Below, in pieces: positions 51,734 through 61,331 of a stretch of DNA of 64,000 bases. The notes under the pieces are model-generated. The model made no database searches and was not told the DNA's origin. It worked only from the letters and a program-made list of their open reading frames with translations. The DNA is from Candidatus Levyibacteriota bacterium (GTDB lineage: Bacteria > Patescibacteriota > Microgenomatia > Levybacterales > GWA1-39-11), in the NCBI GenBank assembly GCA_036788695.1, contig DAIQMY010000002.1:130394-194393 (forward strand), in the 5' to 3' direction. Position 1 is the stretch's first letter. Each line of letters opens with the position of its first letter. A program made the translations under genes and the position numbers.

Positions 51734-53506
51734 TTAGGATTTTAGCCATTGAGCACATTTTTCATAATTCCATGTGTTTATTACGTCTTCTTTTGTGCAC
51801 CATCCTCTCCTGGCTACAGAGACACCATAAAACATGTTGTCCATGTGAGAAATTGCGTGACTGTCTGTATTAATTACAAACTTTACTCCCTGGTCTTTTG
51901 CTTCTTTCACTAAAACGTCTGTCAGGTCAAGTCTTTCTGGCCATGCATTTATCTCAAGGGCTTTATTGTTTTGTGCTGCGTATGAGAAAAGTTCCTGCCA
52001 ATTCAGCTCATACCCTGATCGTATGTTAAGTAGTCTTCCCGTAGGATGTGCAAGAATTTTTGCTTTTGGATGAGATAGACCTTTTAAAACTCGTTTTGTC
52101 ATTCCTTCTATAGGGGAATTAAAAGAACTGTGAATTGACACAATCGCTCCATCAATATACTCAAAAGCCTTGTCATCAATAGCAAGATCTCCTGAAGCTA
52201 GAATATCAACTTCAAGTAAATTAATTATACGAATACTATTTTTGAACGTTAACTTTAGTTTATCAATACTTTCTTTTCTTTTCTTTAAAATTTCATATAT
52301 GTCTTTTTTTGTATGATTCATAACGCTTGGATTATGTTCTGAGAAAGCAAAGTATGCATACTTTAGCTCAATTGCGCGTTTTAGCATGTTCTCCATAGAT
52401 GCGTTTCCGTAGTCATGGCTTGAATCGATTGGATAATTTGAATGTATATGTAAGTCACCCTTCATATCAGAAAGCTTTACAAGATTTGGCAAATCATGGT
52501 TAATTGCTTTTTCAATTTCCCCCTGATTTTCTCGTATTTCTGGTGGAATCCAATCTAAACCTAAATATGCGTAAAACTTTTCTTCTGTTTTAAATTCAAT
52601 AAGCTTATTTCCTTCATTTTGCAACTTTATTCCTCTTTCAGAAAGTGAAAACCCTTTTTTAAGTGCGTATTCACGGAGGGCGACATTGTGATTTTTGCTA
52701 CCTGTAAAATGCTGCAAGAGAGAGCCGTATTGGTTTGGTGGTAAGACAAGAAGATCTACGTGTTTACCTCCTCCTATAAGAAGAGAGGCTGTAGTAGGTC
52801 CCTTCTCAATCACTCTTTCTTTTCCGGGAAATGATACAAAATGATTTATTATGCCCTCAGAATCGTTTGTGGTTACCGCAAGGTCAATATCTCCGACTGT
52901 TGAAACCATTCTTCTGAGGCTACCCAAAGGCTGAATATCTATCACTTTTTTGTTTTCCTTCATGAATGCAATCACCTCTTGGGCATGTCCAAAAGCAAGT
53001 GGCAACACCATTCTTCCCGTTTTTGTTGTTCCTTTGCCGTATTCATCAATTGCCCGTAGGATGTCTGCTTGGGATTTTTCCCCAAAACCATCCAGTTCAG
53101 AAATTCTATTATCCTGTGCGAGTTTATATATTTCCTTTACGACATTTTTAGGATCATGAAGTTTAAAATGAGAAACTAATTTATACGCTTTCTTGGGCCC
53201 AAAGGATGGAATATCTAAGAGTGGGAATACAGCCGGGGAAATACCCGCGAGCAGTGCATCATAGTGTTTTACATGACCTGTTTCAAACAATTCTTCTAGG
53301 CGTTCACTGATGGTTGTTCCAATCCCATCTATTTTTTGCAGTTTTCCCTGCTTTTTATAAAGCGTATAAAGTTCTGTACTTAGGCGTTCAACAGCGTCTG
53401 CAGCTTTTTGATACGCAATGATTTGAAATCTATATTTTTTTTCATCCTGTATGGTATATGCAGCAGCTACGTTTTTGAAAAGATGGACAATTTCCTTATT
53501 CGACAT
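51734..53506 (-). CDS. PolX family DNA polymerase with C-terminal PHP phosphoesterase domain
   Basis: N-terminal pol-beta-like HhH (KIDGIGTTISERLEEL) and a C-terminal PHP motif DLHIHSNYP...HNP. 590 aa. Confidence 0.8.
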   Translation of the reverse strand: MSNKEIVHLFKNVAAAYTIQDEKKYRFQIIAYQKAADAVERLSTELYTLYKKQGKLQKIDGIGTTISERLEELFETGHVKHYDALLAGISPAVFPLLDIPSFGPKKAYKLVSHFKLHDPKNVVKEIYKLAQDNRISELDGFGEKSQADILRAIDEYGKGTTKTGRMVLPLAFGHAQEVIAFMKENKKVIDIQPLGSLRRMVSTVGDIDLAVTTNDSEGIINHFVSFPGKERVIEKGPTTASLLIGGGKHVDLLVLPPNQYGSLLQHFTGSKNHNVALREYALKKGFSLSERGIKLQNEGNKLIEFKTEEKFYAYLGLDWIPPEIRENQGEIEKAINHDLPNLVKLSDMKGDLHIHSNYPIDSSHDYGNASMENMLKRAIELKYAYFAFSEHNPSVMNHTKKDIYEILKKRKESIDKLKLTFKNSIRIINLLEVDILASGDLAIDDKAFEYIDGAIVSIHSSFNSPIEGMTKRVLKGLSHPKAKILAHPTGRLLNIRSGYELNWQELFSYAAQNNKALEINAWPERLDLTDVLVKEAKDQGVKFVINTDSHAISHMDNMFYGVSVARRGWCTKEDVINTWNYEKCAQWLKS

Positions 53507-53620
53507 ATGGCTTAGGTAGGTTTATATTAGCAAAGCGTTGACCTTCACGCAAGAATTTAATACAATACATATATCCAATTTTAATTTTCAAGCATAATTT
53601 AAGTATTGAAGATTTATATT

Positions 53621-53694
53621 GGGGGCGTAGCTCAGTTGGTTAGAGCGCCTCCCTGTCACGGAGGAGGTCGCGGGTTCGAGTCCCGTCGCTCCCG
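53621..53694 (+). tRNA. tRNA-Asp(GTC)
   Basis: Cloverleaf folded by eye: acceptor GGGGGCG/CGCTCCC, anticodon loop CTGTCAC, T-loop TTCGAGT, discriminator G. Confidence 0.9.
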
Positions 53695-53781
53695 CATTTA
53701 AAATTCTATATTGATTTTTTTAAAAAACAGAGTATAGTACAAAGACTTACGTTTCTGCCTGCGTTTCTGCCCCATTTTTAT

Positions 53782-54462
53782 ATGCCAAAAAAAACTAAAA
53801 AGGGTAAAGCAATATCTTCAGGTAGAGAAGTGTTAAATACTTCTGATTCGTATAAAAGTCTTTTATATGGAATTGTTACCGTTATCATATTGTTTATTAT
53901 AGGATTTGGTACGGTTAAGTTATTAATAAATAGACCAACCCCCGCAATAGATGATCATGCAGTAAGCATTAGTAACGTTACGCCAATACCCACAGAAGAA
54001 CAAGCAGGGGAATTATATCTTCCAGATGCTCCTAAAGCTACCGGCACGAAAACTCATGTTGTTTTAGAAAATGAGTCTTTGTGGCAAATTGCTGAAAAAG
54101 TATACAATGATGGAGATAAATGGGTTGAAATTGCGCAAGCAAATAATATTTCAGACCCAAGCATTATTTTTAAAGGAGACAAGCTGAAGCTGCCTCAATT
54201 AACTACCGTAAAGACTGAATTAAGCTCAGACGTGAAGCCTGATGTAGAGGTTGAATTGAAGACTGAAAATAAGGATGCACAAACTTCTCAAAACGCAGAC
54301 ATTAAAACTGAAACCTATACAATAAAGACTGGGGATGATTTATGGGATATAGCTGTGCGCGTATACAATGATGGGTATAGATGGGTAGACATAGCGCAAG
54401 CAAATAATATTTCAGACCCTAACCTCATTCACGCAGACAATGTACTCAAACTGCCTAGATGA
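53782..54462 (+). CDS. LysM-domain protein (two LysM repeats) with N-terminal TM anchor
   Basis: Two near-identical LysM motifs (HVVLENESLWQIAEKVYNDGDKWVEIAQANNISDP... and YTIKTGDDLWDIAVRVYNDGYRWVDIAQANNISDP...). Confidence 0.8.
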   Translation: MPKKTKKGKAISSGREVLNTSDSYKSLLYGIVTVIILFIIGFGTVKLLINRPTPAIDDHAVSISNVTPIPTEEQAGELYLPDAPKATGTKTHVVLENESLWQIAEKVYNDGDKWVEIAQANNISDPSIIFKGDKLKLPQLTTVKTELSSDVKPDVEVELKTENKDAQTSQNADIKTETYTIKTGDDLWDIAVRVYNDGYRWVDIAQANNISDPNLIHADNVLKLPR

Positions 54463-54484
54463 TCTGATATAATCAAGAAAATCT

Positions 54485-54556
54485 GCGGCGGTAATTCACC
54501 GGTAGAATGTCTCCTTCCCAAGGAGAATGTAGAGGGTTCGACTCCCTTTCGCCGCT
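54485..54556 (+). tRNA. tRNA-Gly(CCC)
   Basis: Acceptor GCGGCGG/TCGCCGC, anticodon loop TTCCCAA, T-loop TTCGACT. Confidence 0.9.
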
Positions 54557-54658
54557 CACGCTTTACAGATTGTTACTTGCGCTATTAGTTTCACCATTTG
54601 CGTTTTCTCCACAGAAACAGATAATTGACTTCGCCTTTTCTTTTTGGTAGCATAAATC

Positions 54659-56338
54659 GTGCCGCAGAAGAATACATCTACAAGTAAAACTAAATACATT
54701 TTTGTCTCCGGGGGAGTAATTTCAGGCATCGGAAAAGGCTTAACAGCTTCTTCTATCTCATATCTTCTTAAATCCGCAGGTTATACTGTTGCGCCTATAA
54801 AGTTTGAGAACTATCTGAATATAGACGCAGGCACAATAAACCCTATAGAGCATGGTGATCCATTTTTGTGTGAGGACGGGACAGAAGGAGATATGGATAT
54901 AGGATCCTATGAAAAATTTCTCAGTGAGGATATGGGGAAGGAGAATTTTGTAACTATTGGAAGAATTTACCAAACTGTAATAGATCGTGAGAGGCGTTTT
55001 GAATATAATGGCGAAGACGTAGAGGCTATCCCGCATATTACTGACGAAATTATAGGAAGGATGAAGTCTTTAGCCCAGAAAAAAGATGCAGATATTGTTG
55101 TGGTAGAACTAGGGGGAACGGCGGGGGAATATCAGAACATTTTGTATTATGAGGCTTCACGTATAATGACACTTAAAAATCCGGGAGACGTGATACATAT
55201 TCACGTGAGCTACATGCCTACACCTGGACATCTTGGGGAGCCAAAAACAAAACCTACACAGTTGTCAGTAAGAACCCTAAACGGTATGGGAATACAGCCG
55301 GATTTGATAGTTGCCAGATCTGAGAAGTACTTGGATCAGAGGCGTCGTGATAGATTTGCGCTTTTTTGCAATATGCACCCTGAGGATATCATTAGCAATC
55401 CAGACGTAGACTTTGTGTATGAAATTCCCCTGGTTCTTCATAAGCAGGGTATTGAGAAGAGAATATTTGAAAAATTAGGGCTTGAATACAAAGCGCCAAA
55501 TTTAGTTGATTGGGAAAAGCTTATTAAGAAAATAAAGGCTCACAAAAGTAAAAAAGCAGAGATTGTGATAGTTGGAAAATATTTTGGCACAGGAGATTAC
55601 CAATTACGCGATTCTTATGCAGCTCTTTTTGACGCAATAGATCACGCATCATGGGAGAGTGGGGTAGAGGTGGCTACTCGCTGGGTGGACGCTGAAAAAT
55701 TGGAAAAGGAAGACATTAGTAAGATGCTTGGAAATCCTGATGGGATTATAGTTCCTATAGGGTGGGGTGAGCGCGGCTCTGAAGGAATGATAAAGGCTGC
55801 AGAATATGCTCTTGATAAAAAAATACCATACTTAGGTCTTTGTTATGGTATGCAACTTGCAGTGGTAGCATACGCTCGTCATATTTTGGGTTGGAAAGAT
55901 GCCAATACAACAGAAAATAATCCACAAACAAAACATCCCGTAATAGCCATGATAGAGTCTCAAAAAGAACTTATGGAGAAAAGATCATACGGAGGCACAA
56001 TGAGGTTAGGAGGATGGGATGCTATGGTTAAGAAAGGAACACGTGCGTATGAGATGTATAAGAAAGACGGTTTTAAAAAGGGAAAAGATGGTTTGACATC
56101 TGAAAGGCATAGGCACAGGTATGAGTTCAATAATAAATTTGCAAATGATTTGGAAAATGCCGGCTTAGTAATCTCTGCGCGTTCCGTTGCGGAGGATCTG
56201 GTTGAAATTGTGGAGTTACCCAAGGCGAAGCACCCATTTTTCATGGGGACTCAGGGACATCCGGAGTATAAGAGTAGACCACTTAAACCGCACCCAATCT
56301 TTACCCTATTCCTAGAATCTGCCGCGAAAAGTAAGTAA
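54659..56338 (+). CDS. pyrG: CTP synthase
   Basis: KYIFVSGGVISGIGKG (synthetase domain) and GLCYGMQLAVV (GATase Cys). Confidence 0.95.
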   Translation: MPQKNTSTSKTKYIFVSGGVISGIGKGLTASSISYLLKSAGYTVAPIKFENYLNIDAGTINPIEHGDPFLCEDGTEGDMDIGSYEKFLSEDMGKENFVTIGRIYQTVIDRERRFEYNGEDVEAIPHITDEIIGRMKSLAQKKDADIVVVELGGTAGEYQNILYYEASRIMTLKNPGDVIHIHVSYMPTPGHLGEPKTKPTQLSVRTLNGMGIQPDLIVARSEKYLDQRRRDRFALFCNMHPEDIISNPDVDFVYEIPLVLHKQGIEKRIFEKLGLEYKAPNLVDWEKLIKKIKAHKSKKAEIVIVGKYFGTGDYQLRDSYAALFDAIDHASWESGVEVATRWVDAEKLEKEDISKMLGNPDGIIVPIGWGERGSEGMIKAAEYALDKKIPYLGLCYGMQLAVVAYARHILGWKDANTTENNPQTKHPVIAMIESQKELMEKRSYGGTMRLGGWDAMVKKGTRAYEMYKKDGFKKGKDGLTSERHRHRYEFNNKFANDLENAGLVISARSVAEDLVEIVELPKAKHPFFMGTQGHPEYKSRPLKPHPIFTLFLESAAKSK

Positions 56339-56508
56339 TTCCCAGCTCCTCTTGCACTTTTTCGTTTCTACCTCACGTATTAAGACTTTGCATCCATCCT
56401 ATTATTAAAAAATTTTTGAATGCCGCCTTAGAATATAAATGCATTTTAGGATTACTTCTGAACAATTTTATGTACCAACCACAAAGCCTTATGGAGAACT
56501 TTTGCGTT

Positions 56509-56538
56509 TTGACTTTTGCCTTCATTTTTATGTATAAT
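56509..56538 (+). promoter_or_regulatory. near-consensus sigma70 promoter abutting the rplS start codon (possible leaderless transcript)
   Basis: TTGACT at 56509-56514, an 18-nt spacer, then TATAAT at 56533-56538. The rplS ATG is at 56547, only 8 nt after the -10. Confidence 0.45.
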
Positions 56539-56546
56539 ACTCTCTT

Positions 56547-56825
56547 ATGGAAGCAATTGAAGGTCTTCGAGAAGGACAATTTATAAGAGTTTATCAAAAA
56601 ATAACAGATGCAAAGAAAGAGCGCATTGTTCCTTTTCAGGGCAAAATTACTAAAGTTAAAGGTGCAGGGCTTAATAAAATGATTACGGTTCAAAACGCGC
56701 TAGAAGGCGTTATAGTTGATCGTATTTTTCCTATTTCTTCTCCTACTCTTACAAAAATTGAATTAATGGTTGTTAAAGAATCAAAAAAAGCTATACGAAA
56801 GAGAAACGCAAAAAAGCGTAAATAA
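56547..56825 (+). CDS. rplS: 50S ribosomal protein L19
   Basis: MEAIEGLREGQ...FQGKITKV...ITVQNALEGVIVDRIFPISSPTL aligns to L19. Confidence 0.8.
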   Translation: MEAIEGLREGQFIRVYQKITDAKKERIVPFQGKITKVKGAGLNKMITVQNALEGVIVDRIFPISSPTLTKIELMVVKESKKAIRKRNAKKRK

Positions 56826-56884
56826 CTGCAACTACCCTACATTTCCACAGTTACTTTCTATATAATATTTCTAACGCTACACAT

Positions 56885-57238
56885 ATGAGTAATTCCTTTG
56901 GGAGAATAGGTGAGCAATTAGCGGAAAAGTATTTGCTGCAAAAGGAATATTATGTTCTTGCTAAAAATTATCACAGTAAATTTGGTGAGATAGATATAAT
57001 TGCCTCAGATGGTTCTTCAATAGTATTTGTAGAAGTAAAGACGCGTACTCAACTTCAATTTGGAACTCCTTTAGAGGCAATAACTAAGCATAAGCTCTCA
57101 AAAATGATAAAAACTTCACAGTTTTACCTCTCCCAAAGAAACTTACACAGCAAGCCGTATAGGTATGACGCTATTGAAATAATTTTTGACAATTCGGAAA
57201 AGCCTATTATAAATCATATTGTAAATATTACCTTTTGA
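56885..57238 (+). CDS. yraN: YraN family endonuclease (UPF0102)
   Basis: GEQLAEKYLLQKEYYVLAKNYHSKFGEIDIIASDGSSIVFVEVKTR is a canonical YraN sequence. Confidence 0.8.
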   Translation: MSNSFGRIGEQLAEKYLLQKEYYVLAKNYHSKFGEIDIIASDGSSIVFVEVKTRTQLQFGTPLEAITKHKLSKMIKTSQFYLSQRNLHSKPYRYDAIEIIFDNSEKPIINHIVNITF

Positions 57239-57308
57239 ACTGATATTTTTTAGTGAAAGCTTAAAAATAATACTTGATACTTGCAGTACAATCTATAATA
57301 CTTAACTC

Positions 57309-57887
57309 ATGACTGGACGCACACATGATCTTGCTGCATTTTCAGCGCTTTCATTTATAGTTGCAACGCAAAATATTCCCCAGATGAGTTTAGCAACGGT
57401 TATTGTTGCTGTGTCGGCAAATCTTATAGGAGGGTTAACTCCTGATATTGATCAGCCAACAGCTGAATTGTGGCACAAAATTCCTGCAGGAACTGTTGTG
57501 GGGAAGATTTTTTACCCATTGCTAGGTGGGCATAGATTTATCTCGCATTCTGTAGTAGGAATAGTTTTATTTGGCTTTGGCTCACATTTTTTATTGGATA
57601 TTATTCACACCGTTCTTTTGGTGGATATGGGAGTTGTTTGGTGGTCATTTATGATTGGGTATGTGTCTCATCTAGTACTTGATACCTTTACAAGAGATGG
57701 CGTTCCCTGGCTGTTTCCCATACCTTTGAAAATAGGAATTCCTCCTATAAAAAAACTTCGTATAAAAACCGGGGGACCTATTGAGAAATCAATTGTTTTT
57801 CCACTTCTTATGGTTTTTACAGCCTACGTTTATTACGCGAATTACGCACGTTTTCTAGATATTTTTAAATACTACATACATAAATGA
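57309..57887 (+). CDS. membrane-bound metal-dependent hydrolase (YdjM/DUF457-like)
   Basis: Start MTGRTHDLAAFSAL; four TM helices with conserved His/Asp. Confidence 0.55.
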   Translation: MTGRTHDLAAFSALSFIVATQNIPQMSLATVIVAVSANLIGGLTPDIDQPTAELWHKIPAGTVVGKIFYPLLGGHRFISHSVVGIVLFGFGSHFLLDIIHTVLLVDMGVVWWSFMIGYVSHLVLDTFTRDGVPWLFPIPLKIGIPPIKKLRIKTGGPIEKSIVFPLLMVFTAYVYYANYARFLDIFKYYIHK

Positions 57888-58714
57888 ATAAAAAGGCAGG
57901 ACATTTTCTTTTCTTGTTTTTGGGAGTTGTAATTTTTACAAGTCTTCTTCTTCAGTATTTTTTATTTCCTGCGAAGCCGGAAACTGTAAGACAGGAAAGT
58001 AGTTCTAAAGTTGCCGGTGTGAGCATAGCAAAAGATAATAGTATTTCTTCTTCTCCATCCCCTATAAAACTAACTAAGGATGAGTATGTTATAGCGCTTT
58101 TTGGAGACTCTATGATAGATACTATGGGTGAGAAAATGGAGTTTTTGGATCGCGCGCTTCAAAAAAAATATCCTTCCACCGCGTTCAGGCTCTATAATTA
58201 TGGGATAGGTGCTCAAAATGTTGAGCAAGGATTATCCCGTTGGGATTCATCTTTTAAAAATAGAGAGAGAAGCTTTCCGCCTATTTCTCGTCTTTTCCCT
58301 GATGTAATTATCTTAGGATCATACGCCTATAATCCATTTCATCCTCATGACTTGCAAAAATATAGGAACACACTCTTGGACCTTGTGCAAAAAGCAAAAG
58401 AAACAAAGGCAAAAGTGTATCTACTGGCTGAAATTGCCCCGCTTTATGATGGCTTTGGAGAAGGCTCCAGAGGTCCAAATATGTCAACTGAGTCTGCGCA
58501 TATGCAGGCAAATAATATACGTGAGCAATTGGAGCAGGTAGCAACCGTTGCAAAAAAACAAAAGGTTATGCTTATTGATATGTTTTCAATCACACAATTT
58601 AACGGAAAATATGGAAATAGGTATTATACAAATCCTGATGATGGTATTCACCCTTCAGACTTTGGTCAAGAGGAAACAGCAAAACAGATAGTAGAAATCA
58701 TAAAATTTGATTAG
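57884..58714 (+). CDS. SGNH/GDSL hydrolase family protein with N-terminal TM anchor
   Basis: Block I VIALFGDSMIDTMG (the GDS motif); DDGIHPS near the C-terminus (catalytic His block). Confidence 0.65.
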   Translation: MNKKAGHFLFLFLGVVIFTSLLLQYFLFPAKPETVRQESSSKVAGVSIAKDNSISSSPSPIKLTKDEYVIALFGDSMIDTMGEKMEFLDRALQKKYPSTAFRLYNYGIGAQNVEQGLSRWDSSFKNRERSFPPISRLFPDVIILGSYAYNPFHPHDLQKYRNTLLDLVQKAKETKAKVYLLAEIAPLYDGFGEGSRGPNMSTESAHMQANNIREQLEQVATVAKKQKVMLIDMFSITQFNGKYGNRYYTNPDDGIHPSDFGQEETAKQIVEIIKFD

Positions 58715-59284
58715 TTATCTGTGAATTCTAGAGTTCCGTTTTGTTGCTTCTACTAATATTTTACTGTATTTTTCCCATTCAGTTGATTTTTGCTGATAGA
58801 AATCTGTATCAGAGCTATTCATATGAGTGTTTTTTGCCATACTCGAGTATGTTTCAACTTTGCTATTTGCGTGTCTGCACACATCATAAATTGTAATGTC
58901 TCTTATTAAGTCTGCAGCTTGATTTGATGCGTCAGAATCAAGCGTATGATAATCTTCTTGCCTGAGCCTTTTCCATTTATGAAAATAATTCAGCACAAGT
59001 GTCCCCTCTTTTTGTATTGGAAGATCATTTGGGGTTCTAAAACATTCTTCTATAAAATTTTCTATGTAAATTTCTGGTGTGAGAATATTATCAATATCAT
59101 TAAGCCTAATCCAATCTCTGTCGTCTCCATATTTTTTTTCCTGATCCGACTTTTTATAGTGCGCCCTTATATATGAATCGGCATGATCAGACGTGGATTC
59201 ATATGTTGGCGCGCTAAACTTTTCTGATAAAGCACGTCTGTCATCATCTGTAAAACGGTCAGGTTGATTAAATTCAGAGCTCAT
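58715..59284 (-). CDS. hypothetical protein
   Basis: A 189-aa acidic ORF with no recognised motif. Confidence 0.45.
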   Translation of the reverse strand: MSSEFNQPDRFTDDDRRALSEKFSAPTYESTSDHADSYIRAHYKKSDQEKKYGDDRDWIRLNDIDNILTPEIYIENFIEECFRTPNDLPIQKEGTLVLNYFHKWKRLRQEDYHTLDSDASNQAADLIRDITIYDVCRHANSKVETYSSMAKNTHMNSSDTDFYQQKSTEWEKYSKILVEATKRNSRIHR

Positions 59285-59650
59285 AGTCGAAGATTGTAAT
59301 AGTAGACGACTAAAAAATCAAGAGTGAGTGTCTGTAGGTGTAGTCAGTTCTTGAGGCAAAATTTGGAATGAGCTCTATTTCACTTGTAAGCATTATAAGT
59401 CTAATTGAACATACCCAATGGGTTTGATCGCTATACCAAGCCATAACAGTTTATGGTGAAGCACATAAAGCGGAAAACTACACTGGTCCTAACGGGCGAC
59501 ACCGTGCGTATACCCTTGGTTTAGCAATAACAAATTTAGCTTCCAACGTAAATCTAAATGATAAGGTATCTAAAATGGATAAAACGGTTCTTGAAGCTTG
59601 GAAAAACAGATGGCAAGAAAGAATCGCCGAACAACCCTATTCTTAATAAG

Positions 59651-59722
59651 TGATCCGGCAGGGGCTCGAACCCTGAACCAAAAGCTTAAAAGGCTTTTGC
59701 TCTACCATTGAGCTACCGGACC
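59651..59722 (-). tRNA. tRNA-Lys(TTT)
   Basis: The reverse complement folds as GGTCCGG-TA-GCTC-AATGGTA-GAGC-A-AAAGC-CTTTTAA-GCTTT-TGGTT-CAGGG-TTCGAGC-CCCTG-CCGGATC-A. Confidence 0.9.
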
Positions 59723-59918
59723 TATATTCAATAATATACTTGAATGTATGAAATTTTACCAGATTGCATGTGCTTAAATCAATCGTGTGCAAATTTAGAG
59801 GATTATCTGTATGCTTGTGCGTTTACGTATGGGAATTTGAAAAACTTCGTGATATTGGCAAGAATCCTCAGAATTGAGTTTTGGTCTTAAAATTCGTATA
59901 ATTACATGGTCACTTTAT

Positions 59919-59992
59919 GGCGCCATCGTCTAGTGGCCTAGGACCCGACGTTTTCAGCGTCGTGATCAGGGGTTCGAATCCCCTTGGCGTCA
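59919..59992 (+). tRNA. tRNA-Glu(TTC)
   Basis: Acceptor GGCGCCA/TGGCGTC, anticodon arm CGACG-TTTTCAG-CGTCG, T-loop TTCGAAT. A putative TATAAT lies at 59897-59902. Confidence 0.9.
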
Positions 59993-60046
59993 CTATTTTT
60001 CGCTAAAGCTACGGATCGCAGGCTATCTAAAATTTTAATTACAGAT

Positions 60047-60415
60047 ATGAAAGAAGCTAAAAAATACACTCATCCAATTGATCCAGAATCTGTGTTTCCT
60101 GCGCTTATTGCATCCCCTGGCTCTTTTGAGGAACAAATCTTTCCAGCTGCATTTGGGAAAAATGGAAATGTCTATCTCCAATTTAAAAACACAAATTCTT
60201 CCGATGTTGAGATGGCCAAGCGTGAAGTAAGAAGTATACGTGTGAGTGAAGGTTTGGGAGAAAAAGATATAGTTTTGGGTGTTTTAGTGTCCATAACTCA
60301 CGAAAGAAAACCTCAGATTATATATGAGGAAACAGGCATAGGCGTATGGGCACGGTTAGACAGACATGCCTATATACTTCCTCTTGACCAGTCTCGAAGA
60401 TCTGCAAAAAGATAG
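60047..60415 (+). CDS. hypothetical protein
   Basis: The listed ORF starts at 59984 but overlaps the tRNA-Glu 3' end. ATG 60047 (MKEAKKYTHP) is the likely start. Confidence 0.45.
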   Translation: MKEAKKYTHPIDPESVFPALIASPGSFEEQIFPAAFGKNGNVYLQFKNTNSSDVEMAKREVRSIRVSEGLGEKDIVLGVLVSITHERKPQIIYEETGIGVWARLDRHAYILPLDQSRRSAKR

Positions 60416-60598
60416 AGAGTGTTGAATCTAAGACAAATACTTATTTTTGGTATAGTGAAGTCCAAAAATATTTTCTTATTTCATATTCCAATTTCATTAC
60501 AACTTTATCCAACGAATTTACTATTTAACCTCCATAACTTCAATTCTTTTCATTATGATGAATTTTTGATTTATCTTATAATTTGTTAAAATAAACAC

Positions 60599-60979
60599 AT
60601 GACAAACTACTTAGTTAAAAGCGTTGACGAATACATTTCAGCAGCACCTAAAGAAGCACGCGCACACCTAGAAGAAATAAGAAAGGCTGTAGTATCAGCC
60701 GCACCTAAAGCTGAAGAGCAAATAGGATATGGCAAACCATACTATAAATATCACACGTGGGTAGTAGGATTTGATGCATTAAAAAGACACATTAGTTTTG
60801 AAATTTGGAATGGACTTTCTGATGAAGACAGAATTGTGCTAAAAGAAAAGGGATATAAAACAGGAAGCGTTACTTTTCAAATCAGATATGATCAAAAAGT
60901 ACCTACGGCAGTTATAAAAAAATTAGTCCAGAGACAAATGAAGTTAAATGAGTTAAAATCCAAAAACAAAAAAAAGTAA
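60599..60979 (+). CDS. DUF1801 (YdhG-like) domain protein
   Basis: VDEYISAAPKEARAHLEEIRKAV...AEEQIGYGKPYY pattern is typical of DUF1801. Confidence 0.55.
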   Translation: MTNYLVKSVDEYISAAPKEARAHLEEIRKAVVSAAPKAEEQIGYGKPYYKYHTWVVGFDALKRHISFEIWNGLSDEDRIVLKEKGYKTGSVTFQIRYDQKVPTAVIKKLVQRQMKLNELKSKNKKK

Positions 60980-60983
60980 AGTT

Positions 60984-61295
60984 ATGGCTAATAATATTTC
61001 AAATGGAGTTGCGCATCTAGTTCCAGCCGATCTAAGAGAGGCTTTAGCTTCTGATTCCAAAGTACTTACCGCATGGGAAAGTCTTACTCCGCTTGCGAGA
61101 AATGAGTGGATCTGTTGGGTTGAATATGTAAAAAGACCTGAGACCAGAAAAGAACATATAAAAAGAGCTCAGGTAGAGCTTAAAGAAGGAAAGCGTCGTC
61201 CTTGTTGTTGGCTTGGCTGTATTCACCGCACTGATAAAAAAATTAGCCCATCTGTGCAACACATACTCAGTAAACAACATAAGATTAAAAGTTAG
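60984..61295 (+). CDS. YdeI/OmpD-associated family-like protein
   Basis: VPADLREALA...AWESLTPLARNEWICWVEYVKRPETRKEHIKRA matches the YdeI-family pattern (from memory). Confidence 0.5.
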   Translation: MANNISNGVAHLVPADLREALASDSKVLTAWESLTPLARNEWICWVEYVKRPETRKEHIKRAQVELKEGKRRPCCWLGCIHRTDKKISPSVQHILSKQHKIKS

Positions 61296-61331
61296 ATTAG
61301 AGTTGTTAAACTATTTGACTTTTACGATCTG

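Noticed and set aside
56373-56693. 106-aa minus-strand ORF overlapping the rplS start
   Set aside because: It overlaps the promoter and 5' end of rplS on the opposite strand, and has no support.
59285-59650. Possible structured ncRNA (RNase P, SRP, tmRNA, 6S) in the 366-nt gap upstream of tRNA-Lys
   Set aside because: No RNase P (GGAAAGTCCGG), SRP (GGTGCTGTTTACC...AGCAG) or tmRNA-end (CCACCA with T-arm) consensus blocks were found. It is left unannotated; an Infernal/Rfam scan would settle it.
59984-60046. Upstream extension of the 60047-60415 ORF (listed start 59984)
   Set aside because: The extension overlaps the 3' acceptor stem of tRNA-Glu. The internal ATG at 60047 is the more plausible start.
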